Shown here: positions 36,560 through 50,459 of the stretch, in pieces
Layout: each line of letters opens with the position of its first letter
Position numbering within the stretch: position 1 is the stretch's first letter
DNA from: Haliotis rubra
Lineage: Eukaryota
Assembly (NCBI RefSeq): GCF_003918875.1
Contig: NW_025765603.1
Span: 992,001 to 1,056,000 of the forward strand
DNA length: 64,000 nt
Reading direction: 5' to 3'
Program-made: the position numbers and the translations under genes
The notes under the pieces: generated by a model
Told to the model about the DNA's origin: nothing
Databases searched by the model: none
What the model saw: the letters and a program-made list of their open reading frames with translations, nothing else

Positions 36560-39500
36560 TCACAAGTTTCCCTTTTCTACAAGTAACTTGACAATATCCT
36601 CTTGATGAGATAGTACGGCATAATTTAATGCTGTGCGCCCTTCATTGTCAGAAATACATGGATCAGCCCCACCATCCAGAAGTAACTTCACACTCTCTTC
36701 ACCCTGCGACATCACTGCAAGGTGTAGTGGAGTACAACCTGATTCATCCTGCACACCTGGATCAGCCCCTTTTTCCAGCAGCAGCTGTAGGGTCAGGCCA
36801 ACACTCCCTGCCCTTGCCACATAATGTAAAGGGGTGCTACCATCATTGTCCACGGCATTGTGATCCGCCCCTGAGTTCAGAAGATGCTGCACAAGCTTCT
36901 CACAATGTCTCTGATTAGCAGCATAGTGTAATGGGGTTCTTCCATGTTTATCCTTCAGATGCGGATCAACACCTTTCTCAAGCAGGAACATCACAATGGA
37001 TTCACAGCTGGGTCTCTTCTGTTGCCTGCACGCTGCATGGAGCAAGGTTGCATCCTCCATGTCTGTAGCATGAATATCCAAGCCTGCCTCAACAAGCATT
37101 TCCACTGCTTCCTCATCAGACTCTACAGCATAGAACAGGGCCGTTCTACCAGACCTGTCTGTCCCACTAGTCGCCCCGTTGTGGGCAGCTCTGAAGTATT
37201 GGAGTTTCTCTACTGTGTCTTTCCCTGACCATGCACTATAATGCATAACATTTCTGCCCCAGTCGTCCACTGCATCTACTTCAGCACCTTTGGCAATGAG
37301 GTATTTTGTTGTTTCTAAATCACAGTTTTCTGTTACCTGATGCAACACTGTTTTTCGCTCTTTGTATTTGAGATTCAGTTCTGCACCCTTATCACACAGG
37401 TATCTGACAGTCTGGATGTCACCAATCCTAGCTGCTTTCAGGATACAAGTGTTTCCATCAATATCAGACTCATTGACATCACTTCCTGCTTCCAGAAGAG
37501 CTCTGACAGTTCCAGTAGCCGATGAACAAAACTCGTTCCTGTAATACTGATCATCAGGGTATAGATACGTAAATGGTGTGGATCCTTTACCATCCGCTTC
37601 ATTTACAGAAGCTCCGTGGTCCAAGAGGATGTTGACAGCATCCAAATTCATATCCCTAGCAGCTGCATGTAACAGCGTTTCTCCAAATGTATTCCGTCTG
37701 CTCACATCAGCTCCTTGAGTGATGAGGTACGTCATACAGTCATAATTACCATATGCCAATGCTAATTCAAGTGGACTGTCATCTTCGTCTACCAATCCAT
37801 TCAAGCATTCATATATCGATATCCCTTTCTGTGTGGAATATTCAATGAGTTCATGCATGCACTCTGTACCACCAAATGCTGCTGCTTGTTGGACGGATGT
37901 GGTGTGTCTGTATAGAAGATCGGGACTTCTGAACCTCTTCAGAGGGTTGATATTCGGGTTCTGGAGGAAATATCTCAGGGCTGTCGCGTCTGGATGACAG
38001 GCTGACAGCCACACAAGGTAGCTGATGTCAGTATCACACCCTGTTGTAAACAAGGCAACAATGATATCAAAGTAGCACTTTTCCCCACTACCTGCATTCA
38101 AAGTGTGCTTTCCTTTCAAGCTTGTGCGTCCACTCGCATCCAGTAACATCACCAACTGGTTCTGGAACATGTCCATATGTTGTCCGCTTTGTTTCAGCTT
38201 TCGGACCAACAGTTGTACCAGATAGGTATTTCCATTCATAACAGCAAGACTGAACAAGTCCTCCAGATCAATCACACTTTCGATCTGGCTCTCAAGGTGC
38301 TGGTAAATATCATACGCTATGTTATTGTCACATTTTGAATGACACAGAGCCCTGAAACAGTCCACATCAGGTGTCACCCCCATCTGAATCAACTCACTGA
38401 TGATGTCGTCATCCTGAACATAAATCGCACAGGCCAAATCAGTGGATGTAAACTTAGACCTGTCTCCCATTCTTGACAGCAGCTGTTTGACTGCATGTTT
38501 GTGTTTATTTAGGATGAAGGCGGTTGACAATTTACTGTATGTAAACATATGAATTTTGTTCCATAGCAACATCGGATGTGGAATGGAAACAGTTGTTGGT
38601 TTCAAATCCTGGAGTAACAGTTTTATTAGGAGCTCATCTGTCCATGTTTCCAAAAGAAGTTGCACAAAGTCCTCATGGTGAAACGAGGGATGGTTGAGAA
38701 CCTGACTATCACCAGACACCAACAGGTTGGTTATACGACCTGCCAGCGAGGGGAAGCAGTGTTCAGGAAGACAAACAGTGTTAACAGTGTTGCCATCAGT
38801 GTCAGTTCTAACCAGCTCTATCAACATGTCAGAAGAACACACGTCTATACAAAAGCCTGGATACCTTTTGGCGAAGGTCATAAAGACAGCATCATGTACA
38901 GACTGATGCTGGAACGCGTAGCCAAGTCCAGTGCGGCGGAGGTACGTGCTGCACAACGAGTCTGCTTTGTCTTTAATATAGGAAAGAGACACATCGCCTG
39001 CCATGTGACAACACTCCTTCAAATTTGCTATAAGCGTTCCAATCTGGCATTTGATTGGATGGATCTGTCGCACATCTAACTCCCCTTTACACATCAAAGC
39101 TATCAGTAGGACCAGGTAACCAATACTGTCATTGACCTGTAGATTGTTTACCTCAGCAAGAATAAACTCGGTTGGTTGAAAGAAAAATGCAATCCCTTTC
39201 ATTTGAGCTTCCTTGCAGCCTGTAAAAAACACACAACACTGAACAAATCCAAGTGATATCTCTACCTCATCTATCCTAACAAAATCATCTTCGCTGATAT
39301 CAAGACCACATATTTTTTTCAACATGTTTCTTTTTTCATTGCTCGTTAAGGGGTACTTGTTGCCATCCATGTCCACACAGAGAGCTTTCTTCACGATGTC
39401 ATATTTCTTCATCCTGTATTTACACAAGATGGCTATCTCGGACCTGGATGTAAGGATGCAGAAGATATCTCCCGATTCAACCTGAGGCCACATGATATCA

Positions 39501-39825
39501 AAATATCTTTCACACTCTCTGATTCGATCATTATTCAAGTTGTTTGAACCATATATGTCATCAATCAACACCACAAACTTTGTTTTGTTAAATGTCTTTG
39601 GGATGAAATCCCACTGTTGCCATTCAGATATATTAACTGGTTTTCTGCCTGTTTTCCTTGAAATGTGCGACAGCAGACGTAAGGCAAGCCTGGTTTTCCC
39701 GGAGCCAGATTTCCCTTTGATGAATATTGAACCGTACTGATGAAGAAGACGGAACGCTGTTCGAGCAGAACGAGTTGAAACATACGGCTTCGCTTCAGCT
39801 TCATGAATGAGTCCCAACGTTGAAC
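36560..39825 (-). CDS. STAND-ankyrin P2, large terminal exon: nSTAND3-type NTPase plus about 13 ankyrin repeats (full protein about 1203 aa)
   Basis: Phase-1 acceptor ttttag/GTTCAACG. Walker A KGKSGSGKT, Walker B VVLIDDIYG, LTSR, LGFV, FQHQSVHD, ankyrin TPLH repeats; intact to TGA at 36560. Confidence 0.92.
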
Positions 39826-40058
39826 CTAAAATTCAGTAAATTAAATTTTGTTAATATAGGTACTCCAATACAGCATATCATCCCAAACAACATTAATCTT
39901 GAACATAACCTCCTTGTTGCTAATCACCGCCCCTCATTTCCAACTAACATGCAGTTCAAAGTGGCATCAACCCTACCTCAGAGTAACAATAAGGCTGACA
40001 TAAGGGACCATTCTTAATTTATGTCTAGAAGTGTGATGATGATTTAAGAGGGTCATCT

Positions 40059-40170
40059 AGTGTGTTCTGGGGGTCCATCCACTGTGTTCTGGGGAGGTAT
40101 GGGGGTAATCCACTGTGTTCTGGGGAGGTATGGGGGTCATCCACTGTGTTCTGGGGTCCAGGTATGGGGG
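40059..40170. repeat. short approx. 30-bp tandem repeat
   Basis: Unit CCACTGTGTTCTGGGGAGGTATGGGGGT(A/C)AT. Confidence 0.75.
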
Positions 40171-41008
40171 GCATCACTTTGTACACATGTACTAGGTGGG
40201 GTCAGCAATATTGTATATAAAATATTCAAAATGTATTATCGACGTATGTACACATAAAAAATATGCACGATACGGTAGGAAATGATTTGGAAAACGTAGC
40301 AGATACCCACCACAGTAATGGTGTACGGTCTTAGAATCATTTACAGGATGTATTTATCGGAATATGTATTGGTTTATTGTTTATTGACCTGCTTACACAA
40401 GAGTAGCAATGTTGTGGTGCATAAAAGAAACGAAACACAAGATTACTGATATGCCATTTAATTCCATTCAGTACTCTAAATGTACACTTTAGGTTTTCCA
40501 GTACTCCTATATTGAACAAATAAGGAGTACATACTCCTGATGTTGAAAAATTATCTGGAGCCCTGTACCCCACTAAAAGTCATGTACAAAATCAATGACC
40601 CCCTCTCCTCACTTTCCCATAATTGTTCAGCTGGCCCTTATCTGGAGCCCTGGGGGTTATTCACATAGTACATGCTTCTCCATAAAACTCATCAGCACCC
40701 CCTAGCCATAAATTATGAATGGTCCCTAAGACTTTCTATCAATGTGAGAGTTAGTTTTCAGTTTATTTGGCTCAAAAAAACATTGAACACTCCCAACAGA
40801 GATTGCAGCAAGCTGCAATGGTTTGACCCTTTCTTCAAGATGTGTAGAAAACAACCCAATCCATTAATTCACCTCAGATGATGAACACATATTGCCTGGA
40901 TCCTATTCTAGACAGAATACCACAGTAGCACCTAAAAACAGATCAAACTGCAAAATATATCAGCAAAACTACTCATGTTAAGCCCATTCATTAATGTCAG
41001 GTAGGGAT

Positions 41009-41520
41009 CATCCTCGATAATGGTATAAGTTACGATCACTCTCCACTATACCCTGGATGCATCTACGGCTTGGGGGGGCGATGATTTTATTACCTCCCTT
41101 GGCTGGATTTTTATCCAGTCAGGTGCCTACGCTGGAAAGTTGAGCGTACCAATCACTACTCACTTTCGCGTCTTAAATTATCTAACCATTTAAACTTGGC
41201 AACACAATTGATGCACTGGTACTCTGAAAAAAGTAGAAGGAGTTTTTTCATATATTCTTTTTAAAGTTTCAGATCCGGGAGTTTGTCTTTATTATTTCCC
41301 AAAAAATCTGAGTGGCACTGCGAACAAACCTTTGCGACTGCGGCCGCAATCTTTGTTGACACTGGCAAGCTCGGTTGTAATGGCGGCTTAGCTGATTGGC
41401 TATTGTGAGAATGCGGAGCCAGCCAAGGGAGGTAATAAAATCATCGCCCCAAGCCGTGGATGCCTCCAGGGTATAGTGGAGAGTGATCGTAACGTATACC
41501 CTGGAGATTATCGAGGGATG
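41009..41520. mobile_element. MITE with approx. 100-bp TIRs in P2 intron
   Basis: GTTACGATCACTCTCCACTATACCCTGG...GATTTTATTACCTCCCTTGGCTGG mirrored at 41419-41520. Confidence 0.85.
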
Positions 41521-41537
41521 GGTCGGGATATACTTAC

Positions 41538-41579
41538 TGACAAGGTTTTCAAATGGAGATGGACTGGACTGCTCAGTTC
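41538..41579 (-). CDS. STAND-ankyrin P2, 42-nt phase 1-1 micro-exon
   Basis: ttccccag acceptor, gtaagt donor; (G)TEQSSPSPFENLV(S). Confidence 0.82.
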
Positions 41580-41991
41580 CTGGGGAAATAAACACAATGT
41601 TACTATTTTACAACAAATTGTTGCTGGGTCAAACATTAAATTGATTTTTTGTTACAGGGGTTGTGTGACTTGTTCCCTTTGTATGATTCAGGTAAACAGT
41701 TTCAATTCAAGCCTTGAAATGTTTTTAAGTACCATTTTTTCCTCAAACACATTTTCTAGATAGAGGATCAAGAACAAAGAAGAAAAGGAGGGTAACCTCA
41801 ACCTCCAATGCTTGTTCACTCACTCACTCACTCACTCACTCACTCACTCATGCTCATCATGTTGAGATTAATATCTCAATACAGCAGCATGTATTTTCGG
41901 CGAATAACAAAGACCAAAAACACTAAATATTGTAGAAGAATTCAAAAACACACAATAGCAATTACATTGAAAGTCACACAGCACCATCTAC

Positions 41992-42114
41992 CTTGATGTT
42001 CGATAGTGTTGATGACGGAAGTCTTGCTTCTGATGGCGACATCCCTCGCCTTGATGCTGTTTATCACCACGATGTCTTCACACCCTCTGATGTTGTTGAC
42101 TGTGTGTGTACCAT
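41992..42114 (-). CDS. STAND-ankyrin P2, 123-nt phase 1-1 exon encoding the conserved N-terminal motif
   Basis: tttccttgcag acceptor, gtagat donor; (D)GTHTVNNIRGCEDIVVINSIKARDVAIRSKTSVINTIEHQ(G). Confidence 0.8.
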
Positions 42115-42665
42115 CTGCAAGGAAACAACCCCGCGGGGTATGGGTTACAAGGGTCTCAGAAGTCTACGCGGGTCGGGCTGGTGGTGTGGCTCGGTACCTA
42201 CAGGCCGCCATCATACAGCTGGAATATTGCTCAGAGTGCCTTTAAACAGCAAACAAATATAAGGACCACAGGACCACAGTTTGTTCAGACATGTCCTATG
42301 AACCAGGTTCTTTCTGTCATTGCAAGGAAAGAGTCAAAGTGAGGTCAAGAGAAAGACTTTGGAACTAATCTTATTCACATGTACTTTTGAATTTAGCTAG
42401 ATTTTCAAAATGTTCCTGACGTCTTCTTACATAAATATATAGACAAGGAACAGTCTCAAACCCGTTGGGTATCTCGTTCAAGAACATTTATTTTGCAAAC
42501 ACCTAGAAAAGTATATTCAACAAAGTGTTCTTTCTCCTGAAAACAGATTTTACCTATTTGTTTACATTCATGACTATATCATTTCATTCCTATATTTTGA
42601 ATGAAACAGCACATACTAGTATGCAGAGTTTACTAGAGACCATCTTGAATTTGTAAACTTCTTAC

Positions 42666-42846
42666 CAAGCGACATAAACGTGTTGACCGAAACATCCATG
42701 TCCTCCGGTTGACTCCGACCGGCATCAGCGCCGACACATGATGCATAGCTGTCTGGACACCAGGTGTTACAGCCAGGGGGGAGTGACTGTCTACCCCTTA
42801 TTCCCTCTACATCGTGATGCGCCATTGGTTCTTCTTTGAGAGACAT
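42666..42846 (-). CDS. STAND-ankyrin P2, first coding exon (low-complexity leader)
   Basis: ATG at 42846 with an in-frame TGA upstream; MSLKEEPMAHHDVEGIRG...VNTFMSL; phase-1 gtaaga donor compatible with the next exon. Confidence 0.68.
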
Positions 42847-44329
42847 ATTCTCTAATATGCAATCTCAGAAATTTTCGTCAGAATGTTTTTGGTCCGTAAT
42901 TGTGCAAATGGCCTCCAGTTGTAATGCCAGATCATGCTATTTGAAACCTGTGATGTGAATTTTGGGTCATTTCTATCACTGTCATGTTTGCGTGTCACAA
43001 CAGCCGTCCATGACCTCTTCTGGTTTGTGACAGGTGCTTGTGTTCAAGCAGGAGTGGGTCCAACGTCATCAGCAGGTTCCATCCTCTGACCGATTGTTTA
43101 TGCAGTGGGGTGGCCCAGTGGTTGAAGCGTTTGGTTCCCGTGATAATACAGTCTGTCAAGCCCATCTTGGTATCCAAACCTTGATATTCCTGGAAAAGCA
43201 TTAAATGTTCATATTCAGTTTAACAATCCATATCCTCAGGGGAGAATATATACTACTCACACTGCTAAGGATCACAAAAATCTTCAACTTTACTTAAACA
43301 TAGATTTATAATTTGAAATTGTATCCATTTAAAACTAGATAAATAATGATATGGTAACCCCTCTTTAGGCAAACAGCCACATTAATCTAACCTTATGCAC
43401 TTGATACATGAGTAACCATAGAAATGGTTTTCATGGCATCAATCAAACATTTTGCAAATCATGGAACGAGTGATTGACAAGTACACAACACCTGTGAATA
43501 GCAGGTATCGGATCCACAAGATGCAATGACATACTGAAACCTAGGATCCATGCTTACAATAAGCTTAGATATTTAAACCAAATTAGACCCCACATCAGAG
43601 TTTTCTGTTGAATCAATGATGTGATCCTTAGCAAAGTGTGAATAGTATTTTTTGTGAAAACATGTTCATTGCCATCTTATAGAATGTCTTAAAGCAGTGG
43701 GAGACCACCACCACACCCATCCACCCCACCCCACCCCTTCCCACCCCACCCCACCCCACCCCACCCTGCCCTGCCCTGCCAATTCCACAAAAACACGCAT
43801 GCACACATGTCCATGCAAGCACACATATAACATGTGAATATACAATGGTTCGGCCCTTAAAATGGACCCTGTTAAGATAGAAACAACAAGTATTATGTAC
43901 TCATGATTAATTTATTTGGATGAAAAGTAAACCAATCAATTTCGCTGCGAATGTTTCTGTCAGGAATGACAATGTTCAATGTGTATCTTTAAAGATATAT
44001 AATCTTGCTTCCAGCAGCAGCCATACAGATACATGTAGTGTTCAGTTTAGTTTTCAGCTTCTGTGGTATTGAAAACAACACCCAAAACTTATTAGCCTCT
44101 GGGGCCATTAGGCCTACATTTCTTGCCACTAGCTAACGGGCACACATACTAGTTTTAAACCCCAGGAATATACACATGGTAAGAAATGAGTCGGTGTGGC
44201 ATGGAAGACAACGTCACATGTCAAGATCCTGACAACACCCTGCAGGACCAAGGCAAGGCCTAACCTCACTGAGAGTTGTGATTGGATCCGACAGCCAAGG
44301 CGAGGTGCTGCCTCACCAAAGAGCCATGA

Positions 44330-47300
44330 CTGTAAGGTGTAATGATGGTGTCCCACAGTCAAGATAAGACCCTGCCTCACTGTTAGGTGTCATGATGGTG
44401 TCCCACAGTCAAGATAAGACCCTGCCTCACTGTAAGGTGTCATGATGGTGTCCCGCAGTCAAGATAAGACCGTGTCTCACCATAAGGTGTCATGATGGTG
44501 TCCCACAGTCAAGATAAGACCCTGTCTCACAGTACGGTGTCATGATGGTGTCCCACAGTCAAGATAAGACCCTGCCTCACTGTAAGGTGTCATGATGGGG
44601 TCCCACAGTCAAGATAAGACCCTGCCTCACCGTAAGGTGTAATGATGGTGTCCCACAGTCAAGATAAGACCCTGCCTCACTGTAAGGTGTAATGATGGTG
44701 TCCCGCAGTCAAGATAAGACCAGGCCTCACTGTGAGGTGTCATGATGGTGTCCCACAGTCAAGATAAGGCCCTGCCTCACTGTAAGGTGTAATGATGGTG
44801 TCCCGTAGTCAAGATAAGGCCAGGCCTCACTGTGAGGTGTCATGATGGTGTCCCGCAGTCAAGATAAGGCCCTGCCTCACTGTAAGGTGTAATGATGGTG
44901 TCCCACAGTCAAGATAAGACCCTGCCTCACCATAAGGTGTAATGATGGTGTCCCGCAGTCAAGATAAGACCCTGCCTCACTGTAAGGTGTAATGATGGTG
45001 TCCCACAGTCAAGATAAGACCCTGCCTCACTGTAAGGTGTAATGATGGTGTCCCGCAGTCAAGATAAGACCCTGTCTCACCATAAGGTGTAATGATGGTG
45101 TCCCACAGTCAAGATAAGACCCTGCCTCACAGTACGGTGTCATGATGGTGTCCCACAGTCAAGATAAGACCCTGCCTCACTGTAAGGTGTCATGATGGTG
45201 TCCTGCAGTCAAGATAAGGCCTTCCCTCACTGTAAGGTGTAATGATGGTGTTCCACAGTCAAGATAAGACCCTGCCTCACCATAAGGTGTCATGATGGTG
45301 TCCCACAGTCAAGATAAGACCCTGCCTCACTGTAAGGTGTCATGATGGTGTCCCGCAGTCAAGATAAGACCCTGCCTCACCATAAGGTGTCATGATGGTG
45401 TGCTGCAGTCAAGATAAGACCCTGCCTCACTGTAAGGTGTCATGATGGTGTCCCACAGTCAAGATAAGACCAGGCCTCACAGTACGGTGTCATGATGGTG
45501 TCCCACAGTCAAGATAAGACCCTGACTCACTGTAAGGTGTCATGATGGTGACCTGCAGTCAAGATAAGACCCTGCCTCACTGTACGGTGTCATGATGGTG
45601 TCCCACATTCAAGATAAGGCCAGGCCTCACAGTACGGTGTCATGATGGTGTCCCACAGTCAAGATAAGACCCTGCCTCACTGTAAGGTGTAATGATGGTG
45701 TCCTGCAGTCAAGATAAGGCCAGGCCTCACCGTACGGTGTCATGATGGTGTCCCACAGTCAAGATAAGACCCTGCCTCACAGTACGGTGTCATGATGGTG
45801 TCCCGCAGTCAAGATAAGACCCTGCCCCACTGTAAGGTGTCATGATGGTGTCCCACAGTCAAGATAAGGCCCTGCCTCACTGTAAGGTGTCATGATGGTG
45901 TCCCACAGTCAAGATAAGACCCTGCCTCACTGTAAGGTGTCATGATGGTGTCCCACAGTCAAGATAAGACCCTGCCTCACTGTAAGGTGTCATGGTGGTG
46001 TCCCGCAGTCGAGATAAGGCCAGGCCTCACCGTACAGTGTCATGATGGTGTCCCACCCACAGTCAAGATAAGACCCTGCCCCACTGTAAGGTGTCATGAT
46101 GGTGTCCCACAGTCAAGATAAGGCCCTGGCTCACAGTACGGTGTCATGATGGTGTCCCACATTCAAGATAAGGCCAGGCCTCACTGTAAGGTGTCATGAT
46201 GGGGTCCCACAGTCAAGACAAGACCCTGCCTCACCATAAGGTGTCATGATGGTGTCCCGCAGTCAAGATAAGACCCTGCCTCACTGTACGGTGTCATGAT
46301 GGTGTCCCGCATTCAAGATAAGGCCAGGCCTTACAGTACGGTGTCATGATGGTGTCCCACAGTCAAGATAAGACCCTGCCTCACGGTAAGGTGTAATGAT
46401 GGTGTCCTGCAGTCAAGATAAGGCCAGGCCTCAGCGTACGGTGTCATGTTGGTGTCCCACAGTCAAGATAGGACCCTGCCTCACTGTAAGGTGTCATGAT
46501 GGTGTCCCGCAGTCAAGATAAGGCCAGGCCTCACTGTAAGGTGTCATGATGGTGTCCCGCAGTCAAGATAAGGCCCTCCCTCACAGTAAGGTGTCATGAT
46601 GGTGTCCCGCAGTCAGGATAAGGACCTGCCTCACTGTTAGATGTCATGATGGTGTCCCGCAGTCAAGATAAGGCCCTGCCTCACCGTAAGGTGTCATGAT
46701 GGTGTCCAGCAGTCAAGATAAGGCCCTGTCTCACTGTAAGGTGTCATGATGGTGTCCCACAGTCAAGATAAGACCAGGCCTCACCGCACGGTGTCATGAT
46801 GGTGTCCCGCAGTCAAGATAAGGCCAGGCCTCACTGTGAGGTGTCATGATGGTGTCCCGCAGTCAAGATAAGGCCCTGCCTCACCGTAAGGTGTAATGAT
46901 GGTGTCCCACAGTCAAGATAAGACCCTGCCTCACCATAAGGTGTAATGATGGTGTCCCGCAGTCAAGATAAGACCCTGCCTCACCATAAGGTGTAATGAT
47001 GGTGTCCCACAGTCAAGATAAGATCCTGCCTCACCCTAAGGTGTCATGATTGTGTCCCGCACTGGGCCGCAGTCAAGATAAGACCCTGCCTCACTGTAAG
47101 GTGTAATGATGGTGTCCCACAGTCAAGATAAGACCCTGCCTCACTGTAAGGTGTAATGATGGTGTCCTGTAGTCAAGATAAGACCCTGCCTCACCATAAG
47201 GTGTAATGATGGTGTGCTGCAGTCAAGATAAGGCCCTGCCTCACTGTAAGGTGTCATGATGGTGTCCCGCAGTCAAGATAAGACCCTGCCTCACTGTAAG

Positions 47301-47945
47301 GTGTCATGATGGTGTCCCGCAGTCAAGATAAGGCCCTGCCTCACAGTACGGTGTCATGATGGTGTCCCACAGTCAAGATAAGACCCTGCCCCACTGTAAG
47401 GTGTCATGATGGTGACCTGCAGTCAAGATAAGACCCTGCCTCACTGTAAGGTGTCATGATGGTGTCCCGCAGTCAAGATAAGACCAGGCCTCACCGCACG
47501 GTGTCATGATGGTGTCCCGTAGTCAAGATAAGGCCAGGCCTCACTGTTAGGTGTCATGATGGTGTCCCGCAGTCAAGATAAGGCCCTGCCTCACCGTAAG
47601 GTGTAATGATGGTGTCCCACAGTCAAGATAAGACCCTGCCTCACCATAAGGTGTAATGATGGTGTCCCGCAGTCAAGATAAGACCCTGCCTCACCATAAG
47701 GTGTAATGATGGTGTCCCACAGTCAAGATAAGACCAGGCCTCACCGCACGGTGTCATGATGGTGTCCCGCAGTCAAGATAAGGCCAGGCCTCACTGTGAG
47801 GTGTCATGATGGTGTCCCGCAGTCAAGATAAGTCCCACAGTCAAGATAAGACCCTGCCTCACCATAAGGTGTAATGATGGTGTCCCGCAGTCAAGATTAG
47901 ACCCTGCCTCACCATAAGGTGTCATGGTGGTGTCCCGCAGTCAAG
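44330..47945. repeat. 50-bp minisatellite, about 72 units (3.6 kb)
   Basis: Unit CATGATGGTGTCCC(A/G)CAGTCAAGATAAG(A/G)CCCTGCCTCACTGTAAGGTGT with point variants and no unique spacers. Confidence 0.97.
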
Positions 47946-47996
47946 AAAAGCCCTTCACCGTGAGGTGTGATGCAGACATTTATCGTCACGACTTAC

Positions 47997-48060
47997 GACT
48001 CTCCCTAAGACAGACATTGACAACACGCACCCGATGATGGTGGCAACCCGGAAGTAAATG
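47997..48060 (-). promoter_or_regulatory. candidate non-coding first exon and promoter of P2
   Basis: Minus-strand ETS motif ACTTCCGG (48048-48055) followed approx. 50 nt later by a GTAAGT donor (47996-47991); candidate acceptor cacag at 42948. Confidence 0.4.
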
Positions 48061-48588
48061 TACTCAGTAGAGATAAAGTTTAGTGAAACTAAAGAAAAGA
48101 CGTTATTTGAAAAGGTGTTGATCGATACTGGGAAATATATAGTTCCTACCTTTTAGTGGTTTTCTGTATTGCAACAAAAGGCCTTTGTTTTACCTACTGT
48201 TTCGTTGTTCTGGTCATGTCTCGGTCAACATTGGAAAACCCCAGGAAACTGGTTGGAGTTGTCTCCCTTGAAAGGCGTAGCGGAATACACGCAATTGCAA
48301 TATTTAAACGCCTAATGTGTTTTAATCGTTGGCGTATGTCTGTTACATATAAATATAAAAAAATGCGAAACTGATATATGCTCTCGTAGCGCTCTTAACT
48401 TATGTAGATATAACATAATACATATGAGACATATGATATACAATGATAACAAATTCATTCATATATGCAGTAGACATGTATTGTATACCATCTGTATTAC
48501 ATGCATGAGACATAAATCATATAAATAATATGTGTATTATATACATATGACGTAAATGCAGGCGTGTGTGTACATGTCAATGGATAGA

Positions 48589-48754
48589 TGGGCGGTGGGG
48601 TAGCCTAGTGGTTAAATCGTTGGCTCGTTACGCCGAAGACCCGGGATCGATTCCCCACATTGGTACAATGTGTGGAACCCATTTCCTGTGTCACCCGTCG
48701 TTATACTGCTGGACTATTGCTAAAAGCGGCGTAAAACCTAACTCACTCACTCAC
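48589..48754 (+). mobile_element. family A SINE (diverged)
   Basis: Head, body and (ACTC)n tail recognisable. Confidence 0.8.
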
Positions 48755-49407
48755 TCTGTCAAAAGAGTGACCAACACACAATCACAACTGTTTCCTAACG
48801 CTGGTATTTCTGCAGACCAACAACGGGAGAGGTAGGAGGGTTTACGATCAGCACTTTCTTGCTTTTGTTGTAGCTTTCGCAACGCTTTATATCTTATCAC
48901 TACTACATTTGCAGTCTCTCACGTCAAGGCACTACTCCCTCCAACAAACTCATGACCGAAACCACATGTTCTGTCGGCGTCGCTGTATTGAAATGTTTAA
49001 ATTAAGAAAGTATTACAGTGACATATATTTCTTGATACATTTTTACATGTTTCATATAATAATAATGGATATCCACCGACTGGTAGATGCTCAAGGCGCT
49101 ACATAAACGCATACAATACATACAAAGTGGTCAGGCTGTTTGACTTGGTTGACACATGTCATCGGTTCCCAATTGCGGAGATCGTTGCTCATGCTGTTGA
49201 TCACTGGATTTTCTGGTCCAGACTCGATTATTTACAGACCGCCGCCATATAGCTGGAATATTGTTGAGTGCGGCGTAAAACTTAACTCACTCACTCACTC
49301 ACTGAACAGTAGTCAGTTGCATCACGGTGTTTAACCTTAATGATGGAGGAAAGCACTAAGCGATGCAGGTCACTCACTCACTCAATATATACAAATGGAT
49401 ATAATAG

Positions 49408-49620
49408 TTAAATAAGAATGCATTGAAATTGATGACTAAAAGACTGATTTTCGAAAAAGGCTTTTGGGAAAAGGATAGTTTTCACCTTAATTTTGAAAGT
49501 TTCCAATGTGGGAGACTGCTTTATATGGAGAGAGGGAGAATTCGACAAAGTAGGACGAGCGTATTGGAAAGACCTCTTGCCAAAGGAAGAAAGGAAAACT
49601 TTGGGATATTTGAGAACATT
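49408..49620 (-). mobile_element. L2/CR1-clade LINE ORF2 C-terminal relic
   Basis: GKRSFQYARPTLSNSPSLHIKQSPTLETFKIKVKTILF matches the GxRxFxxAAPxLWNxLPxxIRxxxSLxxFKxxLKTxLF motif. Confidence 0.7.
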
Positions 49621-50288
49621 CTTAACAAAGGAAAGACCGTATATTTCAAGCTGCTGTGCACAGTGTGTCCCGTTTGTAGCATTGCTTGTCCAGCACACCA
49701 GCAGTCAGTTATATAACGTGTTCACGATAACCTTAACTTAATTAATCAAAGATAAAGTCAGTGAGCTGACGTTACCGGCTTTTCTTCTCTTGTACATCTC
49801 ACAGTCAAGAGCAGATAGATACACCCTCCCTAGCAGGTGTGTGTTTGACAATCGACCAAGCTGTAATTAAAAATCAACTTTTGTTAAACAATATTGAGAT
49901 TGTCATCTTTCTCATCTCTCCACCCCGTCCTCCTGTCGTAAATGCCATGGTCAAGCGCTGATAGATATTTAGTTACCAGCTGGTCCATGGGTGACCGTGG
50001 CTTCACTATAATTAAAATCAACTCTGGTTAGGCAATACCGAGATTATGTTCTTACCATCCGGTCCGCACTTTGACGCCATGGGGCAGATGCGTCATCTTG
50101 AAATTGTAACATCAGAGAAATTGTTAATAAACGTGTAGGTGTCCAAGGATCCTAGCTTGAATAAACTTGAGGACTCACAGCTCTCTCCTCTCTTGTCTCA
50201 AGGTAAGAAAACTTATTCTGTCTTAACTTCTCATTTCTTTTGTAATTATTGTCTATTTGAAGCACTTTATGGAATCCGCACCACATGA

Positions 50289-50459
50289 CTGACTGACTGA
50301 CTGAGTTTGGTTTTACGCCGCTTTTAGCAATATTCCAGCAACATCACGGCGGGGGACACCAGAAATGGGCTTCACACATTGTACCCATGTGGGGATTCGA
50401 ACCCGGGTTTTCGGCGTGACGAGCCAACGCTTTAAACACTAAGCTACCCCACCACCCCC
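50289..50459 (-). mobile_element. family A SINE
   Basis: Full element; TSD CCGCACCACATGA. Confidence 0.88.

Noticed and set aside
44330-47945. CRISPR-like array
   Set aside because: Units are contiguous 50-mers with point variants and no unique spacers; eukaryotic context with no cas genes.
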